The notes beneath the pieces were generated by a model. The model was not told where the DNA came from and ran no database searches. It saw nothing but the letters and a program-made list of their open reading frames with translations. DNA of 64,000 nucleotides from Candidatus Latescibacterota bacterium. Lineage in GTDB: Bacteria; Latescibacterota; UBA2968; GCA-2709665. Below are positions 57,001 to 64,000 of this stretch, piece by piece (the stretch's first letter is position 1; every line of letters begins with the position of its first letter). The DNA is taken from the NCBI GenBank assembly GCA_963662665.2, contig CAXXJS010000061.1, positions 128,001 to 192,000 of the forward strand. Reading direction: 5' to 3'. Position numbers and translations under genes: made by a program.

Positions 57001-57454
57001 TGGCGCGGCTTCGCTGTACTCAGCCGCACACCAAACAGGTGGCGATCATCGGGCGAGCCCGTTTGAAGGTTCAATCACTCCCCCCTTGAGGCGGAGTCGC
57101 AGAAGCCGAGCCGATCCCTGAGCATGCGTTGCCCTGAGCCTGTCGAAGGGTCGAAGGGCCGGCGACGGTGGTGGGGGGATTTCAACGCCTTACCGTATGC
57201 AAGCAGCATGATAAACCCCAATTCGAAAAAATACAGCAACTCGGCAACGAGACGAAAAGCCCTGAAACGGGGAGTAACGGTCGTCAAAAAGGACATTCTT
57301 TCAGTTCACGTCCAGTAACCTGGTGTATCCTGGTAATCAGAAGTTAAATCGCCTTTATCTACTTGCATTTATTCGGTTTTACTTCCCCGAAGAATTTCGA
57401 ATCAAGGTTAAACATGCACGCACCTTGCGTAGAAGTCTTGCTGTAAGAATCTAA
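57001..57454 (+). repeat. Composite repeat family B, copy interrupted by MITE A
   Basis: Colinear with 10976-11275 on both sides of the insertion. Confidence 0.85.
57216..57407. mobile_element. MITE family A, copy 5 (192 bp)
   Basis: Same termini; flanks TAAA / TTAA; four extra bases relative to the empty site at ~11230. Confidence 0.87.
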
Positions 57455-57643
57455 TACGAATCCAACAATGTCAAGTCTGTTTTACGAGTGAATGCGTCAC
57501 GCCGGGTTTGCAATGGGCCTCCGCGGCTCCTGACGATCCCGTTTGCCACCGAACGGCGCACGCGATAACTTGAAGGGGTCGCGCGAACCAAACGCGGATC
57601 GCAGAGAGACTCAAACACACAGCATCACCAGGGAGGATTTCCC

Positions 57644-59311
57644 ATGTTGACCTATGAATCCCTGCTGCCGCTCCTGGATGCCCGGGTGGCGTCCATCCTT
57701 TCCACGCAGGTCCTGGACCGCTCGCAGACTGACTTCGGCGGATTTGTGAGCGAAGGCGTAGCGGGTGGGACCGGAGTGGGGCAGGTCGTTGCTCTGGGCT
57801 ATGCATATCTCCTTGAAGGATCTGCTCACTTTCGGAGTGCCGAAGTTCTCGAGCGAATCCTCCTCGGTGCGGAGTTTGGCCGGAGGATCCGGCGGGAGTC
57901 CGGGCTGTTCGATCTGGTGGCGACCAACTTCGATTCGGCGCCGGATACCGGCTTTCTGGTGCAACTGATGTCGCCGGTGGTGGTGGCGGCGCGGGAGGCT
58001 GCACACGATGAAGGCGCCGCGGAGATCGCTGAGGCGCTTGGGGAATTGATTCGAACGGCCACGCCCGGGATGGCCGAGGGCGGTTTCCATACGCCCAACC
58101 ACCGGTGGGTGCTGGTTTCGGCGCTTGCGCAGGCGCGGGTGTTGTTTCCGGACCTGGATGTCATGGATACGATCGAGGCTTATCTGGCGGAGACCATCGA
58201 CATCAATGCGGATGGAGAGTATACCGAACGGAGTACGGGGGTCTACAACGCGGTCTGCAACCGTTCCCTCAGGATCGCCGCGGAGGCGTTGGACCGTCCG
58301 GAGTTACTGGTTCCCGTACGGAAGAACCTGGACCTTTCGTACCATCTTCTGCATGCAGATGGAACGGTGATTACGAGTGTGTCCCGAAGGCAGGACCGTG
58401 GAGAGCGGACGGTCCCGGTCGGCCTGGCGGACACCTGCTATGCACTGGCCCGGATGGAGAACAACGGGTTTTATGCGGCGGTCGCGGACTGGCTGTTCGA
58501 TCTGAAGCCGGGCGGGCTGCCCTGGACGCTGCATCCATTCCTCGAACACCCGGAATGGCGGGAAGATACCCTGAAACGCGAGGCGTTGCCGGAGAACTAT
58601 TCGAAGGTTTATCCGGTTTCGGGCCTGTGGCGCGTGCGACGCGGAAGGATGAGCGGGACCGCGGCGTCCGGCATTACCGCGGCGTTCAGCCTGAAGTTTG
58701 GAGAAGCGGAGCTGACGGCGGTGACGATATGCGCAAGTTACTACGGCACAGGGCAGTTCGTGGGCGAGAATTTTCGCCGGGTGGATGGCGGGATCCGGAT
58801 CACGCATCCCGGTAGGGGGTGGCACTACGACAGTCCCGGATATTTCCATCCTCTGGGCGAACCCGTGGCGCAGGAACAGTGGGAGGAGGCCCGCTGGAAA
58901 CGAAGATTCACGCCAGTACCGCCTCTCGCGATGGATCTGACGGCCAGTGAAGTCGAGGGCGGGTTCGACCTTCGGGTTCAGGCGGGGGGGCTGGACAGGG
59001 TGCCGCTTCAGATCGCGTGCGATTTCGCCCCCGGTGGGGAACTCGATCTCAACAGCGGCGCGATACAGGGCATTGCGGGTCAGACCGTGTTTCTGAAGTC
59101 CGGTGATGCGATCTACCACGTTGGAGACGACGCGATCTGTATAGGCCCGGGCGCATACGCGCACAGGACGTGGAATATGCGCTGGAGCGAACAGGCGCCG
59201 GACGGGTTCCGGGTTCTGATTTCGCTGGTGTCGCCCGTGGATCGGACAATGGAGGTCCGATGCGGCGCGTGGTCTGCGGCGACTGAAGGAATACTGAAGA
59301 GCGAAGCCTGA
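57644..59311 (+). CDS. Hypothetical protein, alpha/alpha-toroid plus beta-sandwich (heparinase II/III or alginate lyase-like architecture)
   Basis: GGAGG RBS; GGFHTPNHRWV and DGEYTERSTGVYN resemble lyase-type NH / DG..E..Y motifs. Confidence 0.6.
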   Translation: MLTYESLLPLLDARVASILSTQVLDRSQTDFGGFVSEGVAGGTGVGQVVALGYAYLLEGSAHFRSAEVLERILLGAEFGRRIRRESGLFDLVATNFDSAPDTGFLVQLMSPVVVAAREAAHDEGAAEIAEALGELIRTATPGMAEGGFHTPNHRWVLVSALAQARVLFPDLDVMDTIEAYLAETIDINADGEYTERSTGVYNAVCNRSLRIAAEALDRPELLVPVRKNLDLSYHLLHADGTVITSVSRRQDRGERTVPVGLADTCYALARMENNGFYAAVADWLFDLKPGGLPWTLHPFLEHPEWREDTLKREALPENYSKVYPVSGLWRVRRGRMSGTAASGITAAFSLKFGEAELTAVTICASYYGTGQFVGENFRRVDGGIRITHPGRGWHYDSPGYFHPLGEPVAQEQWEEARWKRRFTPVPPLAMDLTASEVEGGFDLRVQAGGLDRVPLQIACDFAPGGELDLNSGAIQGIAGQTVFLKSGDAIYHVGDDAICIGPGAYAHRTWNMRWSEQAPDGFRVLISLVSPVDRTMEVRCGAWSAATEGILKSEA

Positions 59312-59318
59312 ACGCGGG

Positions 59319-60800
59319 TCATGGCCGTTGGCATGGCAACTGTGAAAAATCGAACCGGTTGCATCCGTCCGGAGGGACAAAGGGGGCCACGGGATGCGGC
59401 GCGGGTCCGTTTCCGGATCGCCGGATCAGGTCACGCCCCCGGTTCTGTTTTTCGGCGTCTTCGAGCATGCGCTTGGCGGACCACCGTGCGTGTATTCTGT
59501 TCTGGAGATCCGCGGCGATTCCCTTGCAGTCCGGGTCCTGCGCCCGGTCGCATATTTCGCCCGGGTCCTCGTCCATATTGAAGAGTTGGCAGGACTGGAA
59601 TTCGTGATAATAGTTCAGCTTCCAGGGGCCGCGCCGGACCATGCAGGCGGGTTGATCGCCGAGCAGCCCGATGTATTCTGAAAAAACTTCACCGGGCCAG
59701 TCCGGAATCGAGGCGTCGCCACAAAGAAAACCGGCGAAGCTTCGCCCGGAAACATCAGGCAGCGGCGGGGCGCCGGCGAGTTCCAGGAGCGTAGGGCCGA
59801 CGTCGATGAGACTGCCAACCGCGTTGTTGGAGCCGCGTTGAACTTGCCCAGGGCAGGAAACGATAAGGGGTATGCGGGCCGAGCCGTCGTAGAGACTACT
59901 CTTCCACCACATGCCGTGCTCGCAGGCCATATCCCCGTGGTCGGAGCAGTAGATGATGATTGTACTTTCTGCTGCCTGGGACGACCTGACCGCGTTCACG
60001 ATTCTACCAACGTTCCTGTCGAGTTCCGTGACCAGGCCGTAATAGGCGGCCAGTCCCCGCCGGTTCTGCTCCGGCGTCAGTTCATCCACGCCCCTTCGCT
60101 CACGCCATCGTCTCATCGCCGGATGGAGGGATTCCAGATAGGCGGGGGATACGGGCTCCGGGGCAGGGATTTCCTCCATGTAGCGGTCGAACAGGGGTCT
60201 GGAACAGATGAGGGGGTTGTGGGGCAGTATCAGGCCGACGACCAGGCAGTGGGGGCGACCGTCCCCGGTCCATGTCGAGATGTCATTGCACGCGGCTTCC
60301 GTGACGCTGTCGTCGAACGCCTGGTACCCCGTGCTGCCGTATCCGGCGACCTCCACAGCGTATTTCGACTGCCCGGTCGTACGGTTGTTTCCCGATCCCC
60401 GGATTTCCGAAGTAAGCGTCCCGCCGCAGTCGGCGTGGATGCGTTTCTGGAATCCGTGTAGCTGGTCCTGACCCACAAAGTGCATCCTGCCGCAGAGGAC
60501 GGTCTCGTAGCCCGCCGCGCCCAGACCGTGAGCAAACGTGGGGGTTTGCGACGTGAGTGTCCCGCTGTTGTCGAATCCGCCAACTTCGCTGGGGTAAGCG
60601 CCGGCCATAAAGCCCATACGGGACGGGGCGCACAACGGATAGGGACAATAGACGTTCGTGAAGCGGGCGCCATCCCGGGCCAGCGCGTCCAGGTTGGGGG
60701 TCTGAACGATCGGGTTGCCGGCGCAGCCCATCACGTTCGCGTTGTGCTGGTCGGACATGACAAGCACGAAATTCGGCTGGTCGCCAGTCGTCATTGGCAT
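59319..60800 (-). CDS. Sulfatase (choline-sulfatase-like)
   Basis: NFVLVMSDQH, CAPSR formylglycine motif, GRMHF, SDHGDM, WWKSSLY. Confidence 0.93.
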   Translation of the reverse strand: MPMTTGDQPNFVLVMSDQHNANVMGCAGNPIVQTPNLDALARDGARFTNVYCPYPLCAPSRMGFMAGAYPSEVGGFDNSGTLTSQTPTFAHGLGAAGYETVLCGRMHFVGQDQLHGFQKRIHADCGGTLTSEIRGSGNNRTTGQSKYAVEVAGYGSTGYQAFDDSVTEAACNDISTWTGDGRPHCLVVGLILPHNPLICSRPLFDRYMEEIPAPEPVSPAYLESLHPAMRRWRERRGVDELTPEQNRRGLAAYYGLVTELDRNVGRIVNAVRSSQAAESTIIIYCSDHGDMACEHGMWWKSSLYDGSARIPLIVSCPGQVQRGSNNAVGSLIDVGPTLLELAGAPPLPDVSGRSFAGFLCGDASIPDWPGEVFSEYIGLLGDQPACMVRRGPWKLNYYHEFQSCQLFNMDEDPGEICDRAQDPDCKGIAADLQNRIHARWSAKRMLEDAEKQNRGRDLIRRSGNGPAPHPVAPFVPPDGCNRFDFSQLPCQRP

Positions 60801-60847
60801 ATCCCGCTTGAGCCTTCCCGTGGTTTCTCTCCCGGCCCTGCCTCGCA

Positions 60848-62002
60848 CTACGGATCCGACACGGATTTCCCACGGTTCCAGCCGGCTTTGTCTTCCTTCA
60901 TTTCTTCATTCAGCAGGACGGTACGCGAGGTGGTCTGCGTGCGTGCGTCGTGCAGCCATCGTCCCCGGTTGTCTCTCCGAACCGGCAGGCGCTGGTCCAC
61001 CGCCGGCGGCTGGTTGACGGCGCGGGGACGGTCGCCGTACCAGTAGGCCACGCTACTCATCTCGTTGCACAGATGGTTTCCGTGGCCGTGCTCGATGGTC
61101 ACCCTGATTTCCCGTTCGAAGCGCACGGGGTTTTCCAGGTGGTGCACGTAGCTGGTCTGGTAGCCGTCGGTATCGCCCTCGTAGATTGAGGAGCCGTTGC
61201 GCAGGAAGGCATTGGGCTGCATGCCCCAGGCCTGGTTCAGATAGTCCTCGCTGCCGGTGCCATGCAGATCCGGCGGCCACCGGTACCCATCCACCCAGAT
61301 CATATCGTCGCCCTCGCCCCACCATGTCCCCTGGAAATTGGTGACGCTGAGATTGCAGCCGATATAGTGGCCGCGCCCCTTTGCGTCCACAATCAGGTAG
61401 TTATTTTCCCATGCCTCGCGACCCGTATTGACGATATCCGCTTCGGGCGTGTTAACCCGGATTTCGTGTCCCCAGCCGCCGAAGGGGTTTTCGCGACGGA
61501 ATTCAGCGTGGAAATACCCGGTATCGGCCGGCACGCCATCTGGCCAGGTCTCCCAATCCACGTAGAAATATTGCCGGTGAGGCTCGTCGCTTTCGTTCAC
61601 CAGTTCAACCAGAGCCCTCTCGCGGAAGGGCATGGGGACGTACGCGTTGAGAGCGCAGCCGGTTTCGAACTGGTTGTTGCCGTTGGTCGACGCGGTGAAC
61701 AGTAGCGACTGGTACGAGTTGACAATGCCGTGGCCCAGTCCGAAGAAATCGCCAAGTGGACACAGTACGCTGGGTTCTTCCGCATCGTCGTAGGTGATTT
61801 TCAGCAGGCACTCACGGTAGTGATTGCGCTGGGTAAACCAGAGATGGGTGATGCATGCCGGGCCTTCGATGTCCGCCAGGACCCGTGTCTCACCGGGTTC
61901 CAGGGTCCACGCGTCGCTGTTTCGCCCGGTCGTATCCCATGAAGAATGGCGGCCGGTGCGGTTCGACTGGATGCGGGCAAGTCTGCCCGGTAAATCGTAC
62001 AT
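60848..62002 (-). CDS. DUF2961 / GH172 family glycoside hydrolase
   Basis: SSWDTTGRNSD, PLGDFFG, WWGEGDDM, HGTGSEDY, IEHGHGN. Confidence 0.9.
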   Translation of the reverse strand: MYDLPGRLARIQSNRTGRHSSWDTTGRNSDAWTLEPGETRVLADIEGPACITHLWFTQRNHYRECLLKITYDDAEEPSVLCPLGDFFGLGHGIVNSYQSLLFTASTNGNNQFETGCALNAYVPMPFRERALVELVNESDEPHRQYFYVDWETWPDGVPADTGYFHAEFRRENPFGGWGHEIRVNTPEADIVNTGREAWENNYLIVDAKGRGHYIGCNLSVTNFQGTWWGEGDDMIWVDGYRWPPDLHGTGSEDYLNQAWGMQPNAFLRNGSSIYEGDTDGYQTSYVHHLENPVRFEREIRVTIEHGHGNHLCNEMSSVAYWYGDRPRAVNQPPAVDQRLPVRRDNRGRWLHDARTQTTSRTVLLNEEMKEDKAGWNRGKSVSDP

Positions 62003-62133
62003 GTCAGGCTCCTGAGTGGGGATAATCCAAAAACATCAGCAACAGGTATGCTGTAACAGGGCGTATAGCCGAAAGACAACGAAAAAAGTGCAGCGTCACG
62101 GCGTTACGACACAGGCCGTTTCGCACCGATACC

Positions 62134-62160
62134 TTCTGTGCCTTTTGTGCTTTTTGTGGC
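62134..62160. repeat. Three tandem 9-bp units
   Basis: TTCTGTGCC TTTTGTGCT TTTTGTGGC. Confidence 0.55.
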
Positions 62161-62176
62161 CAATTTGACGGTTATC

Positions 62177-62192
62177 TTTTTTCGAATTGGGG
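62177..62192 (-). mobile_element. Solo left end of MITE family A
   Basis: Minus strand reads TTAG|CCCCAATTCGAAAAAA, then unrelated sequence. Confidence 0.6.
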
Positions 62193-62216
62193 CTAAACGC
62201 CCGGCTGTTGTATTCC

Positions 62217-62876
62217 TTAAAGCAACCCCTTTTGACGCTTGGACTCGATCAGATCGTCCACGAATCCCGGTCCGCAGAAGCCCTCCAGCCCGCCCCCAGG
62301 GAAGCGTGTCGCCCATTCGTACAGGGCTCGAATTCGCTCTTCATCGGATTCAGCAACCGGCGGTTCCGCGCGGACGGCATCCAGCTGCTCGATGACCGCG
62401 TCGGCAATTCTGGCGTACAGTCGCTCTGTGCACTCGCTCACGCCGGCGGCGCCGTCACGCGCTTCCTGGTACCATGCCATCGCGTTGAACCCGAGCATTT
62501 TGACGCGAGGGTAGAAGGAGCACATCAGGTTCCAGTCGTCGCCGTCCTTGTCCTGGTCGCCGGAGGAACGAAAGTCGGAGCGCAGAATCACCGACGGGAT
62601 ATCCAGGAGCTTGGCCACCATGAATTCCACGACGGTGCCAGAATCCAGGTCCGTCCCGTCGAAGTTGAACAGTCCCAGGTCGCACGCCATCACCTGCTTC
62701 AGGTCCTGATTCCGTATGTCCACCGCCCGTCCGGTTGCCTGTTCAAGGTGCTGCGGCACGACGCAGGCGTACCGGCCGTTTGAGTAGCGTTCGATGGCTT
62801 CAGCCAGGATGGCGTTGCCGATAAGGTGCTTGTGGTCGAAGAGTTCACCCGCGAAATAGACGCTGTACGTGGTCAC
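62217..62876 (-). CDS. Nucleoside 2-deoxyribosyltransferase-like protein
   Basis: VYFAGELF, IRNQDLKQV..CD, DGTDLDSGTVVEF, SDFR, WNLM. Confidence 0.82.
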   Translation of the reverse strand: MTTYSVYFAGELFDHKHLIGNAILAEAIERYSNGRYACVVPQHLEQATGRAVDIRNQDLKQVMACDLGLFNFDGTDLDSGTVVEFMVAKLLDIPSVILRSDFRSSGDQDKDGDDWNLMCSFYPRVKMLGFNAMAWYQEARDGAAGVSECTERLYARIADAVIEQLDAVRAEPPVAESDEERIRALYEWATRFPGGGLEGFCGPGFVDDLIESKRQKGLL

Positions 62877-62921
62877 GCCGCGGTTCCTCCCGTTAACGGC
62901 TGTCCTGCCGATTGCGCGTAT

Positions 62922-63773
62922 TCAGAGTCCATATCGCAGGGTAACGCGAAGCCCGTGACTGGACAGATTCGCTTCAGTCTCCGCCAGATCGAGTTCCAGC
63001 GGCTCGCGGCTTCCGTCCCGCCAGACAATTCGACCCGTGGTCCGTCCGGTTTCCACGGCGCCGGCGTCCATGTACTGCCAACCGACGTCGACCGTTACCT
63101 TTTCCCGGAGCCGCGCCGCAGCGCCGGCGGTCAACAGGAACGCGAATCCAGTCCGGCTCGCGCCGGGCACGACGGTTGTCGTCCTGGGGAATTCCATGCG
63201 GGTCTCGCCGATGGAGTTGCGCGCCAGACCGCCCCCGCACCCGAGGAACGGGCTGAACGGCCCCCGTCCGGGGAGGTCCGCGTAGACGCTGAGAAGTGTG
63301 GAAAGAGCGGATACATCGGCCGAGACGTCCTGACGTCCGGAGGTCTGCACAAAGTTGGCGCGGCCGTTAAAGGAGAACGGCGGGCGATATTGAACGGTGG
63401 CCTCAACGCGGAAGCGCTCTCTCGCAACGTAGCCCGCGCCCACTTCGAAGCCGGGCGCCCTGGCGAATTCGCCCGAGGCGCTCAGGGCGGCGGCGTCCAC
63501 GCCCGTCCCGCATCCATACAGGGCCGCCGGCGTCTCGCTGGAGCAGTTCCTGTCCTTGAACCGCGACGTTGCCCGCAGGTCCAGACCAGCCCCGCCGAGA
63601 ATATAGAAATCCCCCCGAGCGAAGGACGCCGCGCGGACCCTCGCAGGCGCGGTTTCAGATTTCGGGCTGGACGTCTGTGCATTTAGAACAGTCGTATGGG
63701 TGGCGGCCAGAACCAATATCGTTCCGAACACCAATCTACGGAAACCGAACTTGGAGTCATTTCGATTCGTCAT
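62922..63773 (-). CDS. Outer membrane beta-barrel protein (opacity-like) with Cys-pair loop
   Basis: Signal peptide, FYILGGAG, FKDRNC...LYGCG, SPFLGCGGG, VDVGWQYMDAG, C-terminal LRY. Confidence 0.82.
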   Translation of the reverse strand: MTNRNDSKFGFRRLVFGTILVLAATHTTVLNAQTSSPKSETAPARVRAASFARGDFYILGGAGLDLRATSRFKDRNCSSETPAALYGCGTGVDAAALSASGEFARAPGFEVGAGYVARERFRVEATVQYRPPFSFNGRANFVQTSGRQDVSADVSALSTLLSVYADLPGRGPFSPFLGCGGGLARNSIGETRMEFPRTTTVVPGASRTGFAFLLTAGAAARLREKVTVDVGWQYMDAGAVETGRTTGRIVWRDGSREPLELDLAETEANLSSHGLRVTLRYGL

Positions 63774-63821
63774 TAATTGGCGACAGTTTCTTGTCAGGAT
63801 GGTCTGTGCATGTTACAGGAT

Positions 63822-63837
63822 TCGGCACATTAATCGC
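63822..63837 (+). promoter_or_regulatory. Possible sigma54 -24/-12 element pointing out of the window
   Basis: TCGGCACATTAATCGC = GG-N10-GC; the target gene is not visible. Confidence 0.3.
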
Positions 63838-64000
63838 GATGGCAAGGGCGTCGACGTTCAGGAAAGACAAACCCTTGAACTCGTGCCGATGAAAATACGG
63901 AAGCACGGGTTCCGGATTCAGTTTGTGGCCGTCTACCCGAAGTGTCGTGAAAGGTCACTCTGCAATAGTCTTTTCCCGATTACGTTGGATACATTGGTAG

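Overview
A 64-kb, moderately GC-rich chromosomal accessory region from a diderm bacterium (TolC, outer-membrane beta-barrels, lipoproteins). The gene mix (PhyH dioxygenases, sulfatase, DUF2961, Gfo/Idh/MocA, duplicated FtsX/MacB permeases) resembles FCB-group-like host-associated lineages, but that is inference only. No rRNA, tRNA, CRISPR array, intact transposase, integrase or reverse transcriptase was recognised. From 1 to about 50950 essentially all genes lie on the + strand. Most are short stand-alone enzymes (GNATs, NUDIX, methyltransferases, histidine phosphatases, phosphotransferases), mixed with gene fragments and mostly disarmed toxin-antitoxin loci. In the middle is a MacAB-TolC-type exporter with three adaptor genes, bracketed by two paralogous sigma54-promoter plus permease units. 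From about 50970 most genes are on the minus strand. The most notable non-coding signals are four: (1) an AT-rich array of ten exactly phased 14-bp palindromic units (WAAYG-N5-CRTT) at 44821-44960, sitting where a higB toxin gene has been lost; (2) a ~191-bp MITE in five copies plus a solo end, with copy-specific 4-bp TTRR target duplications, an empty-site control in the window and an apparent self-insertion; (3) a ~150-bp fold-back element in direct repeat on both sides of a methyltransferase gene; (4) several REP-like hairpin and 7-bp repeat families. All identifications were made by eye from motifs, with no database search.
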